Assembly (NCBI GenBank): GCA_963785165.1 | Contig: CAWAUI010000007.1 | Location: forward strand, 1,032,732-1,096,731 | Direction: 5' to 3' | Source: Thermoanaerobaculaceae bacterium | GTDB taxonomy: Bacteria > Acidobacteriota > Thermoanaerobaculia > Multivoradales > UBA5704 | DNA: 64,000 nt | In this document: positions 18,018 through 27,248 of the stretch, piece after piece | Numbering within the stretch: the first letter of the stretch is position 1 | Layout of the letters: every line of letters begins with the position of its first letter | Translations under genes and position numbers: made by a program | The notes under the pieces: model-generated | What the model saw: the letters and a program-made list of their open reading frames with translations, nothing else | Databases searched by the model: none | What the model was told of the DNA's origin: nothing

Positions 18018-19448
18018 TCAACTCAATAGTTGCTTTTTCTGCAGATCGAGTCCATCGAAGGCGTAAGCTAGAATGTGGGTACGGCGTTGCTTGAGATCTA
18101 GCTCGCTTAAACGAAGACTACCGCCTTCTTGGGGATCCGCTAGCCACCGATCGAAATCTCCCGGGGCGGGTCGGTAATCTAAGATACGGCCAGCGAGGAC
18201 TCCAATGAGCAGACTATGATTATCGAACTGCCGTAAGAACCGCCGGATGGCGGCCGAGTTACCATGGGTTCCCAGGCTTTTGAAGAGGCTCTCGCCGTCG
18301 GCTGGATCAAGACCTCGCAGCTTCAGGTGACGGACACCTGGAAGCGGCTGGTGGGCTCGGTTTTCCAGTGATGAAGGCATTAGCCGGGTCGTAATCAGGA
18401 ATTTGGATGGCGAGCACCCGACGAGTTGCCGAAGGAGATCCTCGGTACGAGGATTTGTACAGGAGCGATGGTCGGTTTTCACCTGATCGTCCTGTAGCTT
18501 CGAAGGGTCGAGTTGATGATAAGCGGTGAGCAGCCGCTCGAAACCGTCTAATACGAGGAGGTAGGGACGCCGCCGCAACTCAGTAAGGAGCCTCTGGATC
18601 TGCTCATCCTGAGGAACGTTTCGAAGATCCTCCGGGTCTATGGGAGTAACGTAGGCCAGTGCCTCCCGTACGAAGGAGACTGTGGAGGCGCCGCCCTCGT
18701 AGAAACTCCACCAGAGGGCCCCGGCGAGAATAGGTATCGCCTTCGATGCCCGATCTCGTGCCCACTCCCAGGTCAATGCGCTCTTGCCAACGCCGCCAAT
18801 CGCCTCTACAACCAGCATCGTTTCCGACGAGCGTGCCCAGGTATCAAGATCGTTCAGCTCCTTCCGACGGCCGATGAATTGGGTTGTCTGGATGTAGGGC
18901 GGAACGCTGTGCATTTCCGGTGGGGTAGGGAGGGACCGACGAACTGGGGTAGGCTTGGCAGTGGGAGACGTGGCCTCGGTCTGGGCAAGATCGTGGCCTA
19001 GGAGGAGAACATCTTCCTTAAACGTCCCGACATCCTGGAACTTTTTCCAGGTGTGCTTCTTGCCGATCTTCTCCTTGAAGAGATCAAGCCGTTCGGAGTT
19101 TTTTCCCTTGTCCATTTTGGAGGCGGGCCAAGGGTGATCGGGATCGATGACGAAGAGGTGGGTCGGCAGGTTCCGCTCGATCGCCCAGTTGTACTCCATT
19201 TCGGTGATTGACACCTCGGAGCCGTCCGGGATGTAACCATAGCGGTGGGCGTAGACGCCGAGAAAAAGGTCGGCTTCCTCTACCTTGGCCTTGCAGAAAG
19301 CGATGGCGTCTCGGGGATCTGGCGGGAAGTCTTCCATGTAAACGGGGATCAGCCCGACCCGGCGGCAGGCGTGAATGGCGGCCTCTCGGTACTCCACAAG
19401 GTCGAGGAAGGTGCTGCTGAGGAAGACCTTCTTAGCTAGAGTGGGCAT
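18018..19448 (-). CDS. STAND NTPase, N-terminal module: DUF4062-like domain plus NB-ARC/AP-ATPase P-loop domain. It ends at an in-frame TGA and continues in frame with the next feature.
   Basis: About 50% GC versus about 68% in the flanks. The N-terminus KVFLSSTFLDLVEYREAAI...HLFVID matches the DUF4062 pattern. Walker A VVEAIGGVGKSALT, Walker B PYLLVLDGFERL, then a sensor/winged-helix region. Confidence 0.7.
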   Translation of the reverse strand: MPTLAKKVFLSSTFLDLVEYREAAIHACRRVGLIPVYMEDFPPDPRDAIAFCKAKVEEADLFLGVYAHRYGYIPDGSEVSITEMEYNWAIERNLPTHLFVIDPDHPWPASKMDKGKNSERLDLFKEKIGKKHTWKKFQDVGTFKEDVLLLGHDLAQTEATSPTAKPTPVRRSLPTPPEMHSVPPYIQTTQFIGRRKELNDLDTWARSSETMLVVEAIGGVGKSALTWEWARDRASKAIPILAGALWWSFYEGGASTVSFVREALAYVTPIDPEDLRNVPQDEQIQRLLTELRRRPYLLVLDGFERLLTAYHQLDPSKLQDDQVKTDHRSCTNPRTEDLLRQLVGCSPSKFLITTRLMPSSLENRAHQPLPGVRHLKLRGLDPADGESLFKSLGTHGNSAAIRRFLRQFDNHSLLIGVLAGRILDYRPAPGDFDRWLADPQEGGSLRLSELDLKQRRTHILAYAFDGLDLQKKQLLS

Positions 19449-19590
19449 AGTGGATGGTCGTTATTATAGGAAGGAACGGGACATTGGCGTCTGAAGGCGT
19501 GATGGAGCGCCCTGTGGAAGACCTTGGGATGTTCCTCGGCGGTCTTTGAGTGCTCCGGCGGCAGCGGCGGGCGGTTCAAGACGCGTTTTA

Positions 19591-20037
19591 GTCAGGCTCT
19601 GTGCTGCCCGAGGATCAGGAGATCCAGCCCTCGAAACTGCCGGAACGCCGCATCCGTTGTCACCATTCGGTATCGGCCTGCCAGAGCGAAGGCGGCGAGG
19701 TAGGCATCCAGAGTTTGGGGGACGCCGTCTCGCGGACGGCAAGTTGTTTCCACAGGGAATCCAACTCAGCCGGTTCGTCGGCCTGGAAGACGATCCGGTC
19801 GTCAGCAAGCAAGGCTTCCCAAACTGCCCACGCCTCGCGATTCGTCAGCGGCGGATTCCCATAAAGGCCCAGGACTGTGGAATTGGTGAGTAGCCGGAGA
19901 AAGGACTGTTGAGTCGCTCGGCACAGTACTACCGATGCCGGATCCTCCACGGTTTCCAGCCACTCACGTGCAACGGTGTGGTGGCTGTGTCCGGAAAGAG
20001 CCAAGGCCAGCCAGACGTTGCTATCGCAGAAGATCAC
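19591..20037 (-). CDS. vapC: Type II toxin VapC (PIN domain), frameshifted at a G5 run near 19745
   Basis: MIFCDSNVWLALAL...; the conserved C-terminus LDAYLAAFALAGRYRMVTTDAAFRQFRGLDLLILG only appears in the alternate frame. Confidence 0.75.
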
Positions 20038-20293
20038 GATGCCACTTGGCTTCCTCTTCGAGCAACACGTCGGCCACCCGCTCCGGGGTCAACTCCTCGT
20101 CGGCGCGGGCTTCGTGGGCGCACTCGACGAGCGGCAACTTGACCCGCCTGCGAATCGGCCCCTGCACACGGGACTGCGCCAAGCCGCGTCTCAATAGGAA
20201 GGCCATCATGTCCTTGAGCTTCCTGTTCTCCTCGACGGCTCGGATTTTTACCGCGCGCATGACGTCATCGGGGAGGTCCAGCGTCGTCTTCAT
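20021..20293 (-). CDS. vapB: VapB-like antitoxin (ribbon-helix-helix)
   Basis: MKTTLDLPDDVMRAVKIRAVEENRKLKDMMAFLLRRGL; it overlaps the vapC start by 17 bp. Confidence 0.6.
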   Translation of the reverse strand: MKTTLDLPDDVMRAVKIRAVEENRKLKDMMAFLLRRGLAQSRVQGPIRRRVKLPLVECAHEARADEELTPERVADVLLEEEAKWHRDLLR

Positions 20294-20530
20294 GAGCCCA
20301 TTTTACCAGAAGGCTGGTTTACTAGCATGGGGGTGGAACGGAGGCGTTTGCTGGGCGGTTCCACCCTGGCCTGGCTCCAGACTGCCGTCGCCCCGCTGGG
20401 GCTTCTGGGTCATGGAGGGCGGTTTTCCCGGCGCTGAAGCGCCGGTCTAGGATGATCTGGCCTGTAGCATAGCGCCCCTGGGAGCGCGCCGACGGTCCAA
20501 GGGGGCTATCCTGTCCGTCTTGATGGAGCC

Positions 20531-22195
20531 TCAGGTCTGCAGCACGCCCGTCCGGAAGTCCGGAACCTCCGGGTTCATGGCCGCGCAGGCCAGCGAACGC
20601 CCGATCACCGCGCGCGTCTCGGCCGGGTCGATGATCGCGTCCACCCAGAGGCGGGCGGCGGCCCAGCGCGGGTCCATGGCCGCGGTGTAGCGCGCCTTGA
20701 TCTCGTCGAGACGCTGCTTCTTCTCCTCCTCCGAGACCTCGGCGCCCCGGTTCTTGAGCTGGATCGAGAGGAGCGTCTTGCTCGCCTGGTCGCCGCCCAT
20801 CACCGCGATCGACGCCGAGGGCCAGGCGTAGAGGAAGCGCGCGCCGTAGGCCTTGCCGCACATGGCGTAGTTGCCGGCGCCGTAGGAGTTGCCCACGAAG
20901 AGGGTGATTTTGGGCACCACCGAGTTCGCCACGGCGTTCACCATCTTGGCGCCGTCCTTGATGATGCCGCCCCGCTCGGCCCGGCTCCCCACCATGAAGC
21001 CGGTCACGTCCTGGATGAAGAGGAGGGGGATCTTCTTCTGGTTGCACAGCTCGACGAACCGCGCCCCCTTGTCCGCCGAGTCCGAGTAGATGACGCCGCC
21101 GATCTGAAGCTCGCGGTCGCCCGCGCCGGTTCCCGTCCTGCGGGGGACGATCGAGCGCTGGTTGGCCACGATCCCCACCACCTGCCCCTCGATCCACCCC
21201 GTGCCGCAGACCAGCGTCTGCCCGTAGGTGGCTTTGAACTCGTCGAATTCGCTGCCGTCGAGCAGCCGGGCGAGCATCTCGTGAGTGTCGTAGGGGCGGG
21301 ACCGGTCGATCGGCATCAGGCCGTACAGATCCTCGGCCGGGTAGAGCGGCTCGACGGGATCACGCCGGGCGAACGGCGCCCGCTCTCCGATGGCCAACTG
21401 GGCGAACTGGCTGCGGATCTTCTCCAGGCAGGCCGCGTCGTTGGGGTGGCGGTGATCCACCACGCCCGAGACGTCGCACTGCACCAGGGCGCCGCCCAGC
21501 TCCTCGTTGTCGATCTTCTCGCCGATGGCCGCCTGCACCAGGTGGGAGCCGGCGAGGAAGATCGAGCCCGTGCCCTCCACGATGTGGCACTCGTCGCTCA
21601 TGATCGGCAGGTAGGCCCCGCCGGCCACGCACGAGCCCATGATGGCCGCCATCTGGAAGACCCCCTCGGCCGAGAGGCGGGCGTTGTTGTAGAAGGCGCG
21701 GCCGAAGTGCTCCCGGTCCGGGAAGATCTCATCCTGAAGGGGGAGGAAGACGCCCGCCGAGTCCACCAGGTAGACGATGGGCAGCCGGTTCTCCAGGGCG
21801 ATCTCCTGGGCGCGCAGAACCTTCTTGCAGGTCAAGGGGAACCACGCGCCGGCCTTCACGGTGGCGTCATTGGCGACCACCACCACCTCACGGCCGTGGA
21901 TCCTGCCGATCCCGAGGACCACGCCGGCCGCCGGGGCGCCGCCGTACTCCTGGTAGAACCCCTCGGCCACCCAGAGCCCCAGCTCCAGGAACGGCGCTCC
22001 CGGATCGCACAGCGCCTCGACCCGTTCCCGGGCCGTCATCTTCCCCTGGGCGCGCTGCTTGTCCTGCGCCTTCAGGCCGCCGCCCTGGCGGATGCGGTCC
22101 TCCTGATCGCGGATCTCTTCCGCCTTGCGCCGCCAATGCTCCGCCTGGCGCTCAAACGCGTCGTTCCGGTTGACCTTGCTCTCCAGGATCGCCAA
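20531..22195 (-). CDS. Acyl-CoA carboxylase carboxyltransferase (beta) subunit (methylcrotonyl/propionyl/geranyl-CoA carboxylase type)
   Basis: Carboxyl-transferase domain: GGGLKAQDKQRAQGKMTARERV, VANDATVKAGAW, GSCVAGGAYLP, FVGNSYGAGNYAMCG. Confidence 0.9.
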   Translation of the reverse strand: MAILESKVNRNDAFERQAEHWRRKAEEIRDQEDRIRQGGGLKAQDKQRAQGKMTARERVEALCDPGAPFLELGLWVAEGFYQEYGGAPAAGVVLGIGRIHGREVVVVANDATVKAGAWFPLTCKKVLRAQEIALENRLPIVYLVDSAGVFLPLQDEIFPDREHFGRAFYNNARLSAEGVFQMAAIMGSCVAGGAYLPIMSDECHIVEGTGSIFLAGSHLVQAAIGEKIDNEELGGALVQCDVSGVVDHRHPNDAACLEKIRSQFAQLAIGERAPFARRDPVEPLYPAEDLYGLMPIDRSRPYDTHEMLARLLDGSEFDEFKATYGQTLVCGTGWIEGQVVGIVANQRSIVPRRTGTGAGDRELQIGGVIYSDSADKGARFVELCNQKKIPLLFIQDVTGFMVGSRAERGGIIKDGAKMVNAVANSVVPKITLFVGNSYGAGNYAMCGKAYGARFLYAWPSASIAVMGGDQASKTLLSIQLKNRGAEVSEEEKKQRLDEIKARYTAAMDPRWAAARLWVDAIIDPAETRAVIGRSLACAAMNPEVPDFRTGVLQT

Positions 22196-22422
22196 GTAGC
22201 CCTCCCCCTTTGGAAACGGGGGGCATTATATGGGGGAGTTCAAGGTCCCGAAGTGAGTTTCTGGTCCTTGAGCCCGGAGGGCGTCATATTTCCTAGCCCA
22301 GGGTGCAACCCTGGGAACCGGAGCGTTGTGCCGAGCCTCCAACCCACCCAGGGTTTCACCCTGGGCTAGGGGTAGGACGCCCTCCGGGCTCAGTATTAGG
22401 CAATATGGGCTAGCATCCTCGC

Positions 22423-23115
22423 ATGAAGATCCGCCTCCTCGCCTTCGCCAGTGCCGGGGACGCCCTGGGTGCCACCGAAATGGAAATCGAGATTCCCCAG
22501 GGCAGCCGGGTCATTGATCTCCGAGCACGGCTCGAACGCCTCTATCCCGCCCTCATCCCCCTCTGGCCGCGGATGGCGGTCGCCATCGACGGCCGGGTCG
22601 CCTCTATCGTCGACGAGATCAAGGAGGGGATGGAGGTAGCCCTGCTCCCCCCAGTCTCGGGAGGGACCGAGGAACCGCTGCGAGGGGATTTGGTGGATGG
22701 GCCGATCGACACCGGCCAAGCCGTCGCCGCCGTCTCCGGTCCGGGCCGCGGCGCCGTCGTGATCTTTCTCGGGACCGTCCGGGATCACCACGCCGGCCGT
22801 CCCGTCGCTAAGCTCACCTACAGCGCCTACCGGCCCATGGCCCTGGAGGGACTCCGCCGGATCGCGACGGACCTCGAAGCGGCTCATCACGATCTCCGAG
22901 CCGCGATCGTCCACCGTCTTGGGGAAGTCCCCGTGGGCGAGCCGAGCGTGGTGATCGCCATCGGCTCCCCCCACCGGGCCGCCGCCTACGAGGCAAGCCG
23001 CACCGCCCTGGAGCGCCTCAAGGCGGAGATTCCGATCTGGAAGCGGGAGCACTACGGGGATGGTGAGGCGGCTTGGCGGGAGGAGGAGCCGCTGGTAACG
23101 GCTGAGAAGACTTAG
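22423..23115 (+). CDS. moaDE: MoaD-MoaE fusion (molybdopterin synthase sulfur-carrier plus catalytic subunit)
   Basis: The N-terminal ~85 aa is ThiS/MoaD-like. The linker ends in LLPPVSGG, a MoaD-type C-terminal GG. The rest is MoaE (VVIFLGTVRDHHAGRPV...). Confidence 0.75.
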   Translation: MKIRLLAFASAGDALGATEMEIEIPQGSRVIDLRARLERLYPALIPLWPRMAVAIDGRVASIVDEIKEGMEVALLPPVSGGTEEPLRGDLVDGPIDTGQAVAAVSGPGRGAVVIFLGTVRDHHAGRPVAKLTYSAYRPMALEGLRRIATDLEAAHHDLRAAIVHRLGEVPVGEPSVVIAIGSPHRAAAYEASRTALERLKAEIPIWKREHYGDGEAAWREEEPLVTAEKT

Positions 23116-23118
23116 CGC

Positions 23119-23488
23119 CTACCTCTCAGGCAGTGGCCGGACGCGTATCCTGTCATTTCCGACCACAGCAAAGAAGCCAGACCATTCAATACCGCTTTCC
23201 ATCGCTGCCAAGGCTCGCACCTTGTCGGTCTCCGGGTCCAACCCTGAAAGGCGGAAAAGAATGACGCCGCTTGATGCAGGCAGGCCAAAGCGATAGGCAA
23301 GCTCGCCGAAGTCCTTGTCAAAGGTGACAACGAGACGAGATTCGTCTTGCGCTCGGGCAAGAACATCCCGATCTCCCGCTCCACGCATGGATTCCTTGAC
23401 GGAAGTCACGTCATGGCCCCGCTGCCGGAGCTGCCCGAATTAGAGGACCCGGAAAGTTTTCGTCTGCGAGGATGCGCAGGGGAACCAT
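23119..23488 (-). CDS. DUF5615 (PIN-like, Mut7-C-like) protein, frameshifted near 23430; putative toxin-like partner of DUF433
   Basis: N-terminus MVPLRILADENFPGPLIRA.., then in a shifted frame LRQRGHDVTSVKESMRGAGDRDVLARAQDESRLVVTFDKDFGEL. Confidence 0.5.
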
Positions 23489-23725
23489 TCAGCCAGGGAT
23501 GGCGTAGACCCGCTCCGATCGGAGCGTCTCACTTGCGTAGGCGAGACAGGCCTGAATGTCCTCCGCCGTGATGTGGTCGTACTGGTCAAGGATCTGCTCT
23601 TTGGTATAGCCACGCGCCAGCAAATCAATGACCAGCTCCACCGCGATCCGAGTTCCCTTGATCACGGGCTTACCCACTAGAACGGCAGGGTTAACCGCAA
23701 TGCGCTCATGCCAGTCCATCGTCAA
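23489..23725 (-). CDS. DUF433 domain protein (putative antitoxin-like partner)
   Basis: IAVNPAVLVGKPVIKGTRIAVELVIDLLARGYTKEQILDQYDHITAEDIQACLAYA. It lies directly upstream of, and adjacent to, the DUF5615 gene. Confidence 0.65.
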   Translation of the reverse strand: MTMDWHERIAVNPAVLVGKPVIKGTRIAVELVIDLLARGYTKEQILDQYDHITAEDIQACLAYASETLRSERVYAIPG

Positions 23726-23731
23726 GCTCTC

Positions 23732-24295
23732 CTACTCAAAAAGGCCCGACAGGGAGATCTCTAAACCCGGCAGCAGAGGAGTCTTCAAGGCATCTCCCCG
23801 CTCCGTGGACAGCTCAGCCGCACGGCGGTAGCGGCCATCCCACAGGCGGTAAACCTCAACCGTCTCCAACTCCGGATCCACCATCCAGTACTCTCGGACA
23901 CCGAACTTCTCGTAGAGATGCCTCTTGGTGATGGCGTCGGTGCGGCGGGTGGTCGGGGAGAGAACTTCGACCACCAGGTCCGGGGCACCCTGAAGATTGG
24001 CGCCGCCCGCGGCAAGGCTCATCCGGTCCTTGGTGAGGAACAACACGTCAGGCTGCACCACGTCATGCTCGGAGAGCACCACGTCGATGGGGGCCGTCCA
24101 GACCCGGCCGAGCTTCCGGGCTCGCACAAAGCCGATCAGCTCGAAGGTTAGGTTCCCTACCGCCGTCTGATGCTTCAGGTTCGGAGCCGCCGTCACATAG
24201 TGCTCCCCGTCGATGAGCTCATGCCGCTTCCCATCCTCCGGAAAATAGAGGTAATCCTCAAACGTAAGCTTCAGGCTGCGGGCATCAGCTTCCAT
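23732..24295 (-). CDS. Uma2-family endonuclease (DUF820, putative restriction endonuclease-like)
   Basis: Characteristic FEDYLYFPEDGKRHELIDGE..., VVQPDVLFL, PDLVVEVLSPTTRRTD. Confidence 0.8.
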   Translation of the reverse strand: MEADARSLKLTFEDYLYFPEDGKRHELIDGEHYVTAAPNLKHQTAVGNLTFELIGFVRARKLGRVWTAPIDVVLSEHDVVQPDVLFLTKDRMSLAAGGANLQGAPDLVVEVLSPTTRRTDAITKRHLYEKFGVREYWMVDPELETVEVYRLWDGRYRRAAELSTERGDALKTPLLPGLEISLSGLFE

Positions 24296-24321
24296 CGCAA
24301 ATCATCCTAACATGGGGTCTC

Positions 24322-25875
24322 CTACCCCCCGCTCGCTCCCGTAATGAACGCCGCCACGTCCTTCTTGAGCTGCTCGCGGTCCACCTGGCGGACGTACATC
24401 ATGTGCCCCGCCTCGTAGTACTTCTTGGTGACCCGCTCCGCGTAGCCGGGATCGAAGGCGATGTGGTTGAAGGTGTACTCGGTGGCGAAGAAGGGGGTCG
24501 CGAGGTCGAAGTAGCCGTTGCCCACGAAGACCTCGAGGGCCGGGTTCTGGCTCATGGCCCGGCGCAGATCCTCGGCCACGTTGGCGTACTGGTTCTGCTC
24601 GCCGAAGTTCCAGGGGCGGACGCGGTCGGTGAGGATCTCGTAGGGGAGGTCGCTCTTGAAGCCGAGCTCCTGGCGCACGTAGTCGTTGAGCGTCGCGGTG
24701 TAGGGACCCTGGATGGCCGCGTAGCTGGGGTCGAATTCGTTCTGCTCGCCGGCCGCGTCGCGGTCGATCCCCTTGAAGCGGCTGTCGAGGCGGCCCACGG
24801 TGGTGCGCTGGTCGCGCAGAAGCTCCTTGACGAAGGCCTGGATCTCCGGCCGCAGGTTGGTCTGCTTGACGAACTCGACCGACAGGCCCGTGTAGCGGGA
24901 GACCTTGGCCGCGACGTCGTTCCACCCCTGCTCGCCGAGAGTGTTGCCCTGCATGAGGGCCGTGCGATACTCGGCCAGGGCGAAGCGCCGGGCCTCGTCG
25001 ACCGCCTTCTGGAGGCCGCCCGCCTGCAAATCCTGCGGCAGGCGCTTGTGGTACCAGGCCGTGGCCGTGTAGGTGGGGAGGAAGAGCGGGTAGGGCAGGT
25101 CGTTGCCCACGTCGAAACGGGCGGTCTGGAAGTTCAGGATGGAGGAGATCAGGATGACGCCGTTCAGATACATCCCGTGGCGCTGCTGGAGGAGATCCGA
25201 GAGCCGCGCCGAGCGGGTGGTGCCGTAGCTTTCGCCCGCCAGGAACTTGGGGCTCGACCAGCGGCCATAGCGGGACGTCCAGAGCCGGATGAGCTCCGCG
25301 ACGGTGTCCGCGTCTTCCTTGAGGCCGTAGAAGCTCTTCGGGTCTTCCCCCTCGACGGCCCGGCTGTAGCCGGTGGTGACGGGGTCGATGAAGACGAGGT
25401 CGGTCACGTCGAGGAGCGACTCGCCGTTGTCGACCAGCCGGTACGGCGGGGGCGCGATCTGGCCCACGTCCCCCATCTCCACCCGGCGAGGCCCGAAGGC
25501 GCCCATGTGGAGCCAGACGGAGGAGGAGCCCGGACCGCCGTTGTAGGTGAAGGTGACGGGGCGCTTGGAGAGATCCGTGACGCCGTCCCGGGTGTAGGCG
25601 GTGAAGAAGATGTTGGCCCGGGGCCGGCCGCCCTCTTCCCGAAGCACGAGCGTGCCGGCGGTGGCGGTGTAGCGAATCTCCTTGCCGCCGATGGTGGCCC
25701 GGTGCTGGGTGGTGACGAGGTTGTCCACCACCTTCGACCACTCGGCCTTGGGAAGCTTCTCCTCCTTCTTCATCTCCTCAGGCGCCATCCTCTCCGGCGG
25801 CTGGGCGGCGGCGGGTCCGAGGCAGAGGAAGGTGAGCAGGGCGGCGGCGAGCCAACAATTTCTTTGTTTTCTCAA
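24322..25875 (-). CDS. Secreted peptidase S10 family serine carboxypeptidase
   Basis: Signal peptide; GESYGTTRSARL (Ser nucleophile GESYG); the size and conservation fit the S10 family. Confidence 0.8.
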   Translation of the reverse strand: MRKQRNCWLAAALLTFLCLGPAAAQPPERMAPEEMKKEEKLPKAEWSKVVDNLVTTQHRATIGGKEIRYTATAGTLVLREEGGRPRANIFFTAYTRDGVTDLSKRPVTFTYNGGPGSSSVWLHMGAFGPRRVEMGDVGQIAPPPYRLVDNGESLLDVTDLVFIDPVTTGYSRAVEGEDPKSFYGLKEDADTVAELIRLWTSRYGRWSSPKFLAGESYGTTRSARLSDLLQQRHGMYLNGVILISSILNFQTARFDVGNDLPYPLFLPTYTATAWYHKRLPQDLQAGGLQKAVDEARRFALAEYRTALMQGNTLGEQGWNDVAAKVSRYTGLSVEFVKQTNLRPEIQAFVKELLRDQRTTVGRLDSRFKGIDRDAAGEQNEFDPSYAAIQGPYTATLNDYVRQELGFKSDLPYEILTDRVRPWNFGEQNQYANVAEDLRRAMSQNPALEVFVGNGYFDLATPFFATEYTFNHIAFDPGYAERVTKKYYEAGHMMYVRQVDREQLKKDVAAFITGASGG

Positions 25876-25947
25876 GGTTCAATCTCCTTCCAGAGACGGC
25901 CCCAAAACCGTCTCTTCGCGGGGGATTATCCATGAAGGCACCCCCAC

Positions 25948-26068
25948 CCGGGCATAAATGCCCGGGCTACGTTGAAGAAGCCCCCTGAAGGGGACTCAAT
26001 CGCCTTCCTGATTCTGGAGTCGGCTTTAGCCGGCTTCTTTTGCCTAGCCCGGGCATTTATGCCCGGGC
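25948..26068. repeat. Composite inverted-repeat element: two self-palindromic 23-bp arms (cccgggcataaatgcccgggcta and its reverse complement) flanking a 75-bp spacer
   Basis: Arm 1 at 25948-25970 and arm 2 at 26046-26068 are reverse complements. Each arm is itself a hairpin (cccgggcat/atgcccggg). The element sits between the moeB 3' end and the peptidase 5' end. Confidence 0.75.
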
Positions 26069-26086
26069 GGGGGCGCGACGGCCTCT

Positions 26087-27248
26087 TCAGTACCGCGGCA
26101 CCGACGGGTCCACCTCGACGCTCCAGGCCTCGATCCCACCGGCCAGGTTGATCGCCTTCGAGAACCCTTTCTGGCGTAGATAACCGACGACCTGGGCCGA
26201 GCGTGCGCCGTGGTGGCAGTGGGCCACGATGATGTCTTCGGGATTGAGCTCGCCCAGGCGGGCCTGGATTTCTCCCATGGGGATCAGCTTCGCGCCGTCG
26301 ATGCGGCAGATCTCCCATTCCGGAGGGTTGCGGACGTCAATGAGCGTCACCTGCCGGCCTTCCTCTCGCCACTGCCTGAGCTCGGCGACCGTCATCTCGA
26401 AGTCGTGCTCCACCTTGTCCTCCTCGGGGTCGATTCCGCACAGTTGCTGGTAATCCATCAAGCCCGTCTGCACCGGGTTCTCCGAGCAGATGGGGCAGTC
26501 GGGGCTCTTCCGGAGCTTCAGCTCGCGGAACTTCAGCTTGAGGGCGTCGAACAGGACCAGCCGGCCGATCAGCGGGTCGCCCGCGCCCACGATCAGCTTG
26601 ATGACCTCGTTGGCCTGGAGCGAGCCGATGATCCCCGGCAGCACCCCCAGCACGCCGCCCTCGGCGCAGGAGGGGACCAGCCCGGGCGGCGGCGGCTCCG
26701 GGAACAGGCAGCGGTAGCAGGGTCCGCGCGCGCCCCAGAAGACCGAGACCTGCCCCTCGAAGCGGAAGATCGAACCGTAGACGTTGGGCTTCCCCAGCAG
26801 CACGCAGGCGTCGTTCACGAGGTAGCGGGTCGGGAAGTTGTCCGTGCCGTCCACGACGACGTCGTAGTCCTTGAACAGCTCCAGGGCGTTCGAGGAGTCG
26901 AGGCGCGTCTCGATGGGGACGGACGTCGATGTAGGGATTGACGTCCCGCAGGCGCTCGGCGGCGGCCTGGGTCTTGGGCCGGCCCACCGAGGAGTGGCCG
27001 AAGAGGATCTGCCGATGCAGATTGCTCTCGTCCACCACGTCGAAATCCACGATCCCCAGCGTGCCGACTCCGGCGGCGGCGAGGTAGAGCCCCAGCGGAG
27101 AGCCCAGGCCGCCGGCGCCGATCATCAGCACCTTGGCCGCCTTGAGCTTCTTCTGCCCCACGGTGCCCACCTCGGGCAGGATCAGGTGGCGGCTGTACTG
27201 GCGGATCTCGCCGGGGGACAGCTCCGGCAGCTCGCTCAGATCCCTCAT
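26087..27248 (-). CDS. moeB: Molybdopterin-synthase adenylyltransferase MoeB/ThiF with a C-terminal rhodanese domain, frameshifted near 26930
   Basis: N-terminus EIRQYSRHLILPEVGTVGQKKLKAAKVLMIGAGGLGSPLG; after a 1-nt shift it continues VPIETRLDSSNALELFKDYDVVVDGTDNFPTRYLVNDAC...; the rhodanese active-site Cys is in IIVAHCHHGARS. Confidence 0.85.

Noticed and set aside
18018-18020. Possibility that the in-frame TGA in the STAND gene encodes selenocysteine
   Set aside because: I saw no obvious SECIS-like stem-loop immediately downstream, and no Sec machinery genes appear in the window. A nonsense mutation or base error is more parsimonious. This was not formally testable here.
20294-20530. Hairpins ggtggaacgg...cggttccacc and ccggcgctgaagcgccgg downstream of the carboxyltransferase gene as rho-independent terminators
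   Set aside because: Neither is followed by a T-tract on the relevant strand. I kept them only as possible structured elements, not as called terminators.
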